A stretch of DNA of 63,985 nucleotides, counting the filler, from Olpidium bornovanus S191 (taxonomy: Eukaryota; Fungi; Olpidiomycota), in the NCBI GenBank assembly GCA_017911155.1. It is 26 parts of 26 records of this genome, joined end to end, with 100 filler letters (N's around TTAATTAATTAA, not from the genome) between each part and the next. Parts side by side here need not be neighbours in the genome. Positions count along the whole stretch, not along the records: positions 1 to 4,310 come from JAEFCI010007715.1; positions 4,411 to 6,591 come from JAEFCI010006972.1; positions 6,692 to 9,866 come from JAEFCI010004577.1; positions 9,967 to 11,232 come from JAEFCI010003355.1; 22 more parts are not named here. One strand, given 5' to 3'. A model generated the notes under the pieces. The model did not search any database. It was not told the DNA's origin and saw only the letters and a list, made by a program, of their open reading frames with translations. Below are positions 1-11,332 of this stretch, piece after piece; within the stretch, counting starts at the first letter, position 1, and every line of letters begins with the position of its first letter. A program made the translations under genes and the position numbers.

Positions 1-351
1 CATGCGCATCTAGTGCCAGCCCTCGAACGACCTTCGGAATCCGCAGCCGGAGGGACGAAAAGCTCGCGCCATCTGGCCGCGCAATATTCGTCCGTCCCCG
101 GGTGATAATTCAAAACCTGAAGTGTCGCGTCCAATAAACCGCAGCAAAAGGTGGTTTCGAGTAGATAGGTCTTGTCACACCACAGTCGCCGCATCGCCAA
201 CATCCCTCTTGCGCATCTGTCCCGCCGACCGTGGCGCCATTCCCGCCCGCTGGAAAAGTTGTCCTCGGCCCCCCCCCCCCCTCGCTGAGCTGCATCCCGT
301 GAGATAATTTGAGGTCCACGGCCGGTGACACTTGGAAAATCCGCAACCGAT

Positions 352-980
352 TTATTTGTTATTCCCAGCATTCATTTGGTGTTCTTCTGTCGCTCGTAGA
401 CAGCGGCGGGCGGCTGGCAGCGGGTGACGCTGCAGAGGCGGCCGGTAATGACGTTTCCTTAACCTTTTCATTTTTGCATTGGCTCGAAGGAACTGCGGCT
501 CCGCGGGCCCATTTTCTCGTGCGACAGCTTCCTCGTGCTGTGCTATTTCCTTGACTCGTTGCTTGTACATTACGCCCCTTCAGTCCTCGGGCAGCGACTC
601 CAAGTACGTCCATGGCTTGTTTGCAAAGGCAAGCCGGCTCCGGGGATCTAGTTAATCATTGAACTTTTTTTTTTGAAAAAATCGTAGAATCTCATAGGAA
701 TCTGTTGACTTCCTGCTCAAAATCAATTCCGAAAACCAAACCACCATCATCCAGTTTTTGACTTCAAGGTTGGACTCTGCCCGTTGTTTCTCCTTGACCA
801 ACGCCCAATTGGCTGTTGCCTCCATCCCCCCTAAAACTCCCTGAACCCGCTGTTCGGACTCGGGATAAACGGTCAGCAAAAAGGCATTTCGTTTCTCGGC
901 CCCTGTTGGGTCCAACGGCCGAAAGTACAGATTAAACTTATTAAAGTGATCCGTAATGTTCTTCACGTGAAAGTAGTCCA
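352..980 (-). CDS. Hypothetical protein-like segments (possibly a decayed gene or TE)
   Basis: Non-repetitive ORFs MDYFHVKNITDHFNKFNLYFRPLDP... and MYKQRVKEIAQHEEAVARENG..., divergent from SPF45. No family recognised. Confidence 0.3.
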
Positions 981-1429
981 TCTTCGGCGGTGAACCCGCG
1001 CAGCGTCGTCTTAATTCTGCTTTGTCTGCGAGTCTCATCTAGTCGCAACTTGGGCAACTGTGAGCAGTTCCTTAAAACCCTTCGGACCGTGCCGGGATGC
1101 GTTTCCGTGCCCGGCAAATCAAAGGCGCTACTCCTGATGGGGAGGGCCCGGCGCAGCCCGGCTCCACCCTCGCACGCGCAGGAAAATCAAACAAAGAGTG
1201 GAAGGAACTGTCTTCTCCTTCTGTCCGGCAGTTCCTCCATTTGAGCCTCCCTTCCAACACGGGTGATGCTCTTTCGGGGCAAAAATAATATAAAAAAATA
1301 AATAAATAAAAACAAATAAAAAGAAAGGGCCGCGACTCGGGACACACCCCCACAATTGCTCTCGCGTATCACCCCCACCGCCACTCCCCTCCTTTCCCCC
1401 CCCCTTTAAACCCAAAGACCGAGTACGGA

Positions 1430-3034
1430 ATGTCTCTTTACGGCATCCTCCCTGTCTCGCAGCAGCAGGCCGCCTCCGCAGCCTCCGCACAACCGCCGCC
1501 GCCGCAGCAGCAACAGCAGCAGCAGCAGCAGCAGCAGCGCCATCAGCAGCAGCGCGCGGGCGGAGCGGCAGAAGCGAAGGCGGCCGCGGGCGCCGCGGAT
1601 CCGCCCGCGGCGGCCAGCACCCTGCCTTCCGGGTGGGCCGCCGCGAGCCTGTCGCTGCAGCCGTCGTTGATTCGCCGGGCGCCGCCGAAGAAGCCGCCGC
1701 GGCCGCACACGTCGTCCTTCCCCGGGGCAGAGTTTAAGGTGGTGGCGAAGACGACCGTGGGTGCTGCTCCCGCGGCGAACAAGGACGACGAGCCGGCGGA
1801 GCGGAAACCCTTACCCGCGCAGCAGCTGGTGGCGGACAGCGTGCTCGGCGGGAACGCGAAGCCGCCTTTTACGCCCGCCAGGGTGTTCCAGAAACAGCAG
1901 AACGATAAGGTGCCCTCGTCGCGCATTTTTCGCCCTGGGCCGTGACTCTTCCCGCCTCTCGCGCGCGTCCCGTGGTCCCCCTCCCCGCCACCCGCGAGCC
2001 ACGCCCCTGCGCGAGCCACAACGCACGCATTGACTTTACGCCCTCCCGCCGCCGCGCGCGACCAGCGGAAGCCTGGCAAGCGCAACAGGAAAGACGTCCC
2101 GTCGTTGGAGGACGACTACGACCCGGGGCGACCTAATGATTATGAAGAGTACAAGGAGATGAGGAAACGACAAAAAGAGGAGGAGGCGCGCAGCACCGTA
2201 TCGATTGACGTTGGAGCATCGAAACGAAGTGAGCGGGACGAGCTTGGGGCGTTTTCGGGGACGGGGAAGTCTTGAGCGTTGGGCGTAATGTTCTTTTTGG
2301 TTGAGCGGCGTACGCGACGAGTTTGTCCACGAACCGCGTCAATTTTGCGCGGTGCCAACAGAGACCTACAAGCAGCAGGCCAACTCAAGTTCGTCGCCCC
2401 CACCATACCAGTCGTATAGCCGCAGTCCGAGCCCGCCGGCCGTCCGGGGCGGTCTGGGTTCTGTGGGCGGCGTTTCGCGCGCAGGCTCTAGCGGTTACGG
2501 AGAACCGGCTCCTTTGTCGAACGTCAACCTAGATGCAGCGACAGGCGAGGAGGCGTTCCTGGCTCGGGCGAGACTAAGCGGCGCCAGGAACGCGGCCGCC
2601 GGTCCGACTGTGCCTGCGCCCCAGCCGCCGTCGCCGCCGAACCAGCCGATACAGTATGCGTTGGCTCCCTTTGGAACCGAGGACGTGCGCGCTTCGCCTT
2701 TTTATCCCAGCCGGCAGCGAGGACTAAACGTGATCACGATGACAGGCAGTTCATTTATGGAGGTGTGCAGGGGTTAAGTAATCCCGCTTCGCACGAACCG
2801 GCGATAAACGAGCGGAAATCAAGGGTCCTGCTATTGACAAACATGGTGAGCTGCCGGCACGACTGTGTTAATCGGATGACGTGTGAAAAGGGTGCAGGGT
2901 TAGACGCTAAACGACCGGATTTCCTACCCCCGCTGCGTCAGGTCAGTCCCGGTGAAGTCGACGACGCGCTTCAGGAGGAAACAGCTGAAGAGTGCACAAA
3001 ATTCGGACAAGTCGAGAAGTGCCTTATCTTTGAG
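1430..3034 (+). CDS. SPF45: Splicing factor 45 / RBM17 (multi-exon, 3' end missing)
   Basis: MSLYG start, poly-Q tract, SPF45 motif DDYDPGRPNDYEEYKE, GEEAFLARARLS, and UHM domain SRVLLLTNMV|SPGEVDDALQEETAEECTKFGQVEKCLIFE followed by a GT donor at 3035. Confidence 0.88.
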
Positions 3035-3058
3035 GTGGGGTTGCGTTTAACAGCCATG

Positions 3059-3945
3059 TCCACAGCCAAACGCGGCACCCCAGCCTCGCCCTTCTCAGAT
3101 TCAACAATCATCTCAACAGCAGACCTCGGAAACGCCGCTTTGCTCTCCTCGGGTTCAGCAGGCATCTCCACAGTCGAACGCGGCGCGGCCGCTTTGCTCT
3201 TCTCAGGTTCAACAATCATCTCAACAGCAGAACTTGGAAAGGCCGCTTCGCTCTTTTCAGGTTCAGCAGTCATCACAGTCGAACGCGGCACCTCCGCTTC
3301 ACTCTTCTCAGGTTCAGCAGTCATCTCCACAGTCGAACGCGGGGCCGCCGCTTCGCTCTTCTCAGGTTCAGCAATCATCTCAACAGCAGAACTTGGAAAC
3401 GCTGCTTCGCTCTCCTCAGTTTCAGCAGTCATCACAGTCGAACGCCGCACCTCCGCTTCGGGCGCCTCAGTTTCACCAGCCATCTCGACCGCTGAATTTG
3501 GGAACACCACTCCCATCAACTCTCGGCAAAAGAAAGAGACTGGCAGAACCGGTGGAACAAGCGCAAATTAACGAGGCAGACCGGAACGTGCTCCAAAAAA
3601 GATTTCGGCTGCCCCGCGAGCAACCAATGTCTGGAAGTGATCGCAAGCCATTATCGTCGCCTGCCGGTGGTGAATGTGGCAATGTGGGCTCTGTAGGCTC
3701 CGAACTTGAGCAGAAGGTCGAAATTTGCCCGAAAGACTCGAAATCCAAACCCGATTCATGTTCCTCATTGCATGGCAATAACCCTTCAAATGCCGAAAGC
3801 CAACAGCAGCTTTCTATCAGACAACCCCAACGACTTAATCTGAGGGGCAACATGTCCGCTCCTTTGGCGCAAAAGGTGACGGATAGTAAGCCTCAGGGCC
3901 AACAAAATGCGGTACGCACGCCCGTGCGGTACGCACGCCCGTGCG
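3059..3945 (+). CDS. Hypothetical Gln/Ser/Pro-rich protein fragment
   Basis: The frame of ORF 3234..4136 is stop-free from about 3051 (QQSSQQQ repeats) and continues into unique sequence with a KRKR basic motif. No start codon or family recognised. Confidence 0.4.
3060..3500. repeat. 51/54-bp tandem repeat with a 159-bp higher-order period
   Basis: Unit cores recur at about 3200, 3254, 3305, 3359, 3413 and 3464 (spacing 54-51-54). The minus strand reads AEPEKSEAAFPSSAVEMI-type units. Confidence 0.9.
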
Positions 3946-4265
3946 TTGTGGATCTCGGTCAGGCTACGTGTGCTGTAGCACGGCCCTCGAACCGCCCGTC
4001 GACCGACGCCACGGAAGGCGGGCGGCGGGCGAAGGGCGGCGGGCGAGGGGCGGTGGGCGAAGGGCGCAGGGCAAAGGGCGAGAGGCGGTCGAAGGGCGGC
4101 GGCGGGATCGAGGGCGGTTCGGGGGCCGACCAATAGAATAGTCCCCCTCGAAGCCCGCCAATCGAAGAGCGCTTCCCCCCTTCCCCCCTCGAAGCCCGCC
4201 AATCGAAGAGCTCTCCCCCTTGCCCCTTTTCCCCCAGCGCCACACACGGGAACCCCCGCCAACCA

Positions 4266-4310
<45 letters not shown>

Positions 4311-4410
4311 NNNNNNNNNNNNNNNNNNNNNNNNNNNNNNNNNNNNNNNNNNNNTTAATTAATTAANNNNNNNNNNNNNNNNNNNNNNNNNNNNNNNNNN
4401 NNNNNNNNNN
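4311..4410. other. Artificial contig-joining linker (first of 25)
   Basis: N44-TTAATTAATTAA-N44, with stops in all six frames. Copies at 4311, 6592, 9867, 11233, 12823, 14455, 18095, 20279, 21629, 27163, 31033, 32803, 35980, 37216, 39102, 40684, 43314, 44599, 48771, 51215, 52911, 54874, 57726, 61161 and 62666, each 100 nt. Confidence 0.99.
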
Positions 4411-6050
4411 CATGTACCGCTCGACGTCATCGAGATTGACCTGCATATGGCCTTGAGTGGGCGACGCTGAAGAGTCATCTGTTGTCGTGGACTGCTTTGA
4501 CGTTGCGGCGGGGGAGAGGATGCTCTCCGAAACCGTATCCAGGAAGTCCTGCACGTCCTTCGACGCGTCCTCCAATTTGTACTTGCCCTTCTTTCCGTGT
4601 TTGCCTTTCAGCTTGGATACAAAGCTTGCGCATCACGGAAGCCAGCCACCAAAGAGAAGCAGTCGTAGACAGCTTTTTCCGTCAAACGACACAGGCTAGA
4701 ATCGCTAAACCGGCAAAAGCAACACCGCGTCTACCGCCATCAATACGCGTTCTAAGAAACACCAGGTTGACTGGAACCTCACCTTTGGACGTCCTTCCGA
4801 ATTTCTTCCGGAAGACTGCTCCCTGCAGGAGGTGACGACTGCATTTCGTGTTTCTTGGCCACTGCGATTGGTCCTGTAATGATCGAACACATAATATCTT
4901 CCGCCTCTGGGCCAAGAAAAGCCACTTTGACATGCCGGTACAGGACAAGTGTGGTTTTTGACATTTTCCCAGTAGGCTTGCCACTGGCTCCTTCGAATAG
5001 TGAAGCGGGCTCGCAAAATTTGTCGCTGCGATAGTCATAGACCAGGTTTAGCCACATCGCGCCTTTATACTGGCAAGATGTGCCTGTGCCTCTCCACCCG
5101 GTGACGCAGAAGAGCTTAATGTTTAGCCAGAAACGTACATTTCCGGCAAACTCACACGCGCTGTTCGACGGCAGCTACGGAACCCCGATGGAACTCCTCG
5201 AGGACCGCGGCGACGTCCCCGGGCCGGTCCAGGGAAACAGACATTTCGTCACTACGAATTTCGCAGAGGCGAGATGCACGGACGAGCGAACTTTCAGGAA
5301 ACAGGGCGTGGGCCGTTTCCGAGTCCAAGTTGCGCGCGTAAGCGTTACCCGCAAAGCGTGCCAACGACCCCGCTGGCGGTCAGGAAGGACCGCGATCCGT
5401 CCACAGGCGCGCCCATGAAAACGATGTGGTTTTCGAGCTGTTGCCGGGTGGCCAGGTCGACGTTCGCGTCTAACGTTGAAGGGTCCGGATATGCCGACAG
5501 AGGCAGGAAAAGTTGTGCCTGGCAGAGACAGCTCGGGTCAGCTTTCGGGCCAGCGAACCGGGGGAGTGGGGCAGCGCGCTTACCTTTCGATCCAGAAGGA
5601 AGCGGACCGATCTCACGTTGTCCACGCTAACGCGCTGCAGGCTGTCGAGCAGGACGCGTCCAAAGGACCCCTCGGGCGGTATCTTCGCCAAGTCCAGCAA
5701 CTTCGTCGGCAAAGCCTGGGGCGGTCGCACGCTTTCTCCTTCGGCAGGCAGCGGTAAACCTGACGGATCGGCCCGAGTAGTGGTATTTGTGCTGTGATCT
5801 CCGAGCACAGCGGCCACGTCAGCGCCGCTCCTCTGCGGGGCCCGCCCGTCATCCTCGGGAAGCTTGCCGACGCCACGCCCACGGTCGACGGCTGCAGCCG
5901 TGCCTCGGGCAGCGGGCTGGGAACCCGAGACGGCGGCGGCGGCAGGGGACGGGGCGGAGGCCACCGCCTTGACCTTCTCGGCAAGCGAAGACATTGCGTC
6001 GCCGTTGGTTTTCTGGCTTGCTGGCTGAGCCGCGGGGCCCAGGGCGAGGG
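4411..6050 (-). CDS. Multi-exon hypothetical protein (3' truncated)
   Basis: Spliceable segments: ...LLDSLQRVSVDNVRSVRFLLDRK|gtaagc, cag|LENHIVFMGAPVDGSRSFLTASGVVGTLC|gtaacg, ESSLVRASRLCEIRSDEMSV...VEQR|gtgagt, MWLNLVYDYRSDKFCEPASLF..., and ...KYKLEDASKDVQDFLDTV. Confidence 0.6.
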
Positions 6051-8608
6051 CCGCCGACAACCGGTTCATCTCTCGTCTTCGGGCCGGGGCGGTGTCGGCG
6101 CGCCGGCCGGGAATCTGCTCTCCGCCGGTCACGTGACAGGAACTGTGACTTCGCTCGTGTCGTCCGCGAAGAGCTTCCCCGCTCACCCGCACGTTGAACA
6201 ATCGCCGGCCTTTCCGACGTCGGCCCCAACGCGCCCACAGAGGCAGACGACCGCACCGCTCGCGGCAGCCGTTCGCACTGGCCTCACTCTGCAGGCTGAC
6301 CGGATCAATGCCGGGGGAATATCATCCGCGGGCGGGTCAACATAGCACATTCCGTTCAGGGTTGCCGCAGGCCAACTTGTGCCGGGGAAGGTCCCGTGGG
6401 ACGTCCGGGATGGAAAAGTGATTCTCATTCTGAACTCCTGGTCATTCGAATACACAGCTCTGCTCTGATTGCTTCCGTAGTTAGCCTTTTAACGTAGACG
6501 AGATACCTTAATCGGGTAGAGATTTAAAAGCAGAAATGTGACATCTCTGCAGCAGCAATGGGAAAAGGAGGAAGACCGAGTAGAGAACATGNNNNNNNNN
6601 NNNNNNNNNNNNNNNNNNNNNNNNNNNNNNNNNNNTTAATTAATTAANNNNNNNNNNNNNNNNNNNNNNNNNNNNNNNNNNNNNNNNNNNNACATGGCTT
6701 GTGCGCAGTTGGTTAGTTTGCAGGCGTTCTGGCATTTCTCCGAGAACCGCCTAACGTATTTAGAAAAAGTGCTTGCTCTTTCTTTATTAGTGGGGAAAGT
6801 TGAAGCGGGGTGGCGTAGCACAGGACTAAGAAGTCGGCATAGTTTGTTGCGGTGACCCCTGTCTGTTACTCGCGCGCCCATTGTGTCTAACGCTGGCAAA
6901 CTATGGGCAATCCAAATGACGCCATATTCACTCTTCTCTTGCTGGGAGCTTGTTTCTAGACGAGATTGCAACGAGGGCAAAGGGGGCTTGACGTCAATTG
7001 TGTTGGTGGCACGACTCAGTTTTCGTATGCGCAGCTCCCGCCTCGCGTCGCACGGGAGGAATAAACGCGGACCAATAAATGTAACGCCACGGCTTGTTTC
7101 AGATTCTCCTAACGCGCAGGGGCAGAGTTGCCTTAATAATTCCTTGTACCTTCAGCACTGTTGTTGCACTAGGAAATACATTCCATTTTTGAAAACCGCG
7201 GCATACTGTGCTTCGCAACGCGGCCCGCCCTCTTGGACGCGCGTTTTTGTGGGTTTTTGTGGTTCTGCCCATTTCGAGGTCAGTTATGTTGCAGAAAGGC
7301 CTGCTGGAGTTGGGCACCCTTCGTTTGGGCCTCGAGGTTAACCCTCCCTCTCCCCCAACAAAACGAAAGCTTCTGGGTGGGAACAGGAGCATTGTCCATA
7401 AAAGATCCGGACTTATTAATAATTTATAGGAGCGTACGCCCGGGAGTCGCAAGTTCAATGCGACTGCCAAGGAAAGCCGCCCGCGTCGCGTTTCAACCAA
7501 AAGACGTCTACGCAAGAAAAAAATTCGACCCCAAATCGGGGAATCGAAACAACGGTTGCCCCGGGGAGAGCCTAGCCGTCGGATCAATTCGGTTTCGGAT
7601 AACGATTGGCGTTGGCCGCGGGCGTCATTTGGCCGCTTTATTGACGCAGGTGGTCGTGTCGACCCTGCGACACGCGGAATGGTGACATAAGAAAGGAACA
7701 AGCGCGTCGTCGTTGAAGATGGCCGGCGCCTGGCGACGTAGGCAGGCAGAGAGATCTGTCAATACGCCCTGATGAGCCTCGCCGGGATCGGATAAAGCGG
7801 CCGGCGCCGTCCGCCCCTGCCGAGGAGACATTGTCGGCCGCCAGGATTTCGCCGTGCTCGCGGCGGACGTCTCCGCGTCCAACGCCGGGCTCAACAAGAA
7901 TTTGGCTCGGCGATGCGTAATTGCCGGCGAGGGTGCGGGGGTTTGGGGCAGCGGAGTAGAAGCCCTTTCTTCCTCAGCATCGTCGCCGTGCCCCCTTTCG
8001 GCTCGCCGTCCCCGCCACCTTCCCCGCCCCCCTCCCTCCTGCGCGCTCGCCTCCCCCCCCTCCCTCCCCCCCTTCCCCGCGCTAAAGCGCCTTACGCCTA
8101 GCGCTCGCGACTCGCTCTAAGAGCGCCGTGGGCCCGTTGCGCTCGCGTTCATCCCCGTGCTGATGGCTCTGTTGAATCTAAACGAATCCTACGGAGCCCG
8201 CCTTTTCCCGCCATTTGGAGAATCGCGTCCGCGGGTTCGCCCCGTCGTTTGTTTGATGCGGGAACGGTCCGCGACTAAGTCGCAACCCCGCGCGACTTCA
8301 GCCGCCAGCCGAAAGAGCAACCGCCGCCCACGCGCTCCCCCGCGTCCGCCCTGCCCCTCCGCGGCCGTTGGCGTGGGGCACACACATGTCCACGGATGAC
8401 TACCGGAACGGAAGCGACTCACGCCGATCCGGAGCATCGACGGCGCCTCCCCCTCCCCCCGCCCCGCAAACGCCGCCAAGATGCGTTGGCCCGCCGGAGC
8501 TTGAGTTTAGTTGTGGGGGAGAGGGGTGGCGGGGGGAGAGAGAAGTGGATAAGCTACAATAACTTTCTTCTCAAAGCGTCGGGCGGGGGAAAAGCTACGA
8601 TAACTTTC

Positions 8609-9866
8609 TCAGAGCAAAAGAACCGCCGCGGCGGAGGCGGCCGCCGCCGCGGCTAGTGTTCCGGCCGCCGCCGCCCAAGCTTTCGCGCCGCCTCCGCGCC
8701 CGAGCTCCGCCGCGGCCGATTCCACGCTGTCCGAACGGCCCGTCCGCCTGCGCTCTTCCGGTAGCGCCGCTCCCAGGCTGTACACGAGGCGGTCGCTCGT
8801 TCCCGTCGCCGCCAGCAGGGCCGCCGGCCGGATCGCGCCCTCGGTCGCCGAGTCGACGATCCGCCGGCGGACCTCCGCGGGCGCCGCGTCCCTCCCGCTC
8901 GCCCGCCGCTGCTCGCCCAGCAGGAGTGCCGCGGAGCCGGAAACGAACGGCGCGGCGAAGCTCGTTCCCCACCTCAGCGTGACGTTGGACGCGCTGCCCA
9001 GGCCGACCGTCGGCACCTCTGCACCCGGCGCGAGGAGAGCCACGCACGGGCCCCAGTTGGAAAACTCCGCTTTTTTCGACAGATTTCGCGGGCGGAGGAG
9101 GGCGGGCGGGCGGAACCAGGTTATGTTTGAATTTTTAATTTTTGGCGCAGCCGGCGTTCTTGCGGTTTCGTCTCATGGAACTCACTCGGACTCACCCATC
9201 CGATCTCCCGAGTCGGTGGCCCCGACGGTGATGATGCCTTCCGCCGACTGCGGGGAGAAGTCGCAGCTGTCCGCGGCGTCGTTCCCGGCGGCGACCACCA
9301 CCGACATTCCGCGACGGACGGCGTGCCGCGCGGCCGCGTTGAGGATGCGGCTCTTGCGCGCCGACCCGAGCGATAAACTGCGCGGGGTTTTTTCGTCAAG
9401 ATGACCGCCGCGAAAACGCACTTTGACAGCCTCGGAGGATGCGAGCAAAAAACAAAAAAAGTAAAAACTCACTTCAGCACGGACGTCTGGGCGCCTCTGC
9501 TGGTGTGATCCTGGATGGCCCAGTCGACGCCCGCAAGGACGTCACGCACGATGCCGACGCCGTCGCTGTGCAACGCCTGTGGAACGTGTCATTTGCGCGG
9601 CAGAAAGCCCTCCCCCTGCCTCTTCTTCCGTTTATCCACCCTCCGTCCCCCCTCCCCACACGCTCTTTTTATTTACCTTCACCGCGATCAGCGTACAATT
9701 CTTTGCGACTCCGAAACGCCTTCCGCCGATGATACCGGCCACGGCGGTGCCTGAACGGCGTGTTCAGAGTACGCGAACGGGCAGCAGTAAGGCCGCGCCA
9801 AAAAAACAAAATAATCAGAAGCAAGAACCTCCTTGTTATTTTCGCAAGCGAAAGTCCGAACCATGG
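8609..9866 (-). CDS. Subtilisin-like S8A (proteinase K-type) serine protease with a hydrophobic C-terminal tail (5' truncated)
   Basis: Spliced exons give (H)GTAVAGIIGGRRFGVAKNCTLIAVK, DGVGIVRDVLAGVDWAI, VLNLSLG, VVVAAGNDAADSCDFSP, ITVGATD, FSNWGPCVALLAPG and GTSFAAPFVSG. The protein ends AAAAGTLAAAAAASAAAVLLL*. Confidence 0.93.
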
Positions 9867-9966
9867 NNNNNNNNNNNNNNNNNNNNNNNNNNNNNNNNNN
9901 NNNNNNNNNNTTAATTAATTAANNNNNNNNNNNNNNNNNNNNNNNNNNNNNNNNNNNNNNNNNNNN

Positions 9967-10758
9967 CATGACGCAGTCCGTAATACACGGCGTTGCTGAA
10001 TTTACAAAAACAAAACCAGGGGCAGTCAGGAGGCCGAGATTCTTAAAGAATGCCGCAAAGACGAGGATCCCGTGGCACCTTTCGCGAAAAGGCAGTCCAT
10101 CATCGCGGAGACCAGCTCCATCTTGCATTGGATGGAATGGTTGATGAAGTTGGTATCCACCAGGACTGGAACGCGAAAGGAAAAGCGAAGGGTTTAGAAA
10201 GATTTTAGATGGGGACAAAAAAGCCATTTACCTTTTCTGGCCGAGTTATTCTCGGAAGACTTACCATTGTACGGCGGACCCAGCGCAGTGTTGTACCTGA
10301 AAAACATTGTGGACGGCATTTGCGGGCTACCACATATGCCGCGAGCGGAACGTCAGCCGCAGACAGGCACACGGGAGCGACGTCCAGTAGGCAACGGAAA
10401 GGGGTGCAACCGCCCGGGCAACACCAAGAGAAGAAAAATCCACCGCCGCAGCCATCCCCCCCCACCGCCGTCCGCCGCGACGTATCCCGAACGCAACCGA
10501 CGGCGGCAGGACTTTGAGGCCAAAGGACGCGCCGGAAAGGGACCCAGCTCGCATTTGCCGGGACGTCCGACAAGAAGCCCGCGCCCAAAAACAGCGGGAA
10601 GAAATGACACGCGCCGCAACTCACAGCTGCTTGACCAGCTCTTTTTCCTTCTTGTCATCCTTCTCTTTCTGCTTTTCCCGGACTTCTTTCAACCGCGCAT
10701 CGTTCGGATTCAGCAGCCGCTTCCCCTCGGCGAACTTCCTGGTCTTCTTCGCTTTGCC
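9967..10758 (-). CDS. FCF1: rRNA-processing PIN-domain protein Fcf1/Utp24 (partial)
   Basis: [73 protein letters not shown] and ATPCITDCVM. Start ATG not located. Confidence 0.95.
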
Positions 10759-11076
10759 CTTGCAAAAAAAAAAAAGAAAAAAAAAAGAAATTAAGAAAGA
10801 CAGCAAAAAAATAATGCCGCGGGAAGGATCGCAAAAAGAGTCCGCTGCGCGCAGGAAAAAAGCGCGGATTCCCTCTTCCTCGGCTCCTTGCCCCCGCGGG
10901 CGCTGCCACCCGTCTTTTTCCCGCAAAAACGGCGGCGGGCGATTCTGCCAGTCCTGCGAGGCACCCCGAGCGTCCGCACCCTCCGGTACCGCCAAAACAG
11001 GTGTCCGGGCACCCGTGAGTGGGCGGAAGCTTGCGCGTCCGGGCGAAGGCTCTTCTCTTCCCTGGCCCCTCCCTCC

Positions 11077-11118
<42 letters not shown>

Positions 11119-11332
11119 CGCCCCCGCCGCGGGGGCCCCCCCCGCTGCAAGGGTGAGCCGGACGAAAAAAGGAGGGCCGCCGCTGGGGCCCGCCCGCCCC
11201 GAGCGCTGTTGGTCGCCCGGCTCCTTTTCCGANNNNNNNNNNNNNNNNNNNNNNNNNNNNNNNNNNNNNNNNNNNNTTAATTAATTAANNNNNNNNNNNN
11301 NNNNNNNNNNNNNNNNNNNNNNNNNNNNNNNN

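Noticed and set aside
4258-4275. AAACCATAACCC as a telomeric repeat
   Set aside because: Only one or two degenerate units before a poly-C run; no array.
6692-8100. ORFs of 150-200 aa upstream of the subtilase 3' end, and similar ORFs at 12923-14300, 15700-17000, 28900-30000 and 41100-43300
   Set aside because: No recognisable motif or consistent splice pattern, so they cannot be supported as genes from sequence alone.
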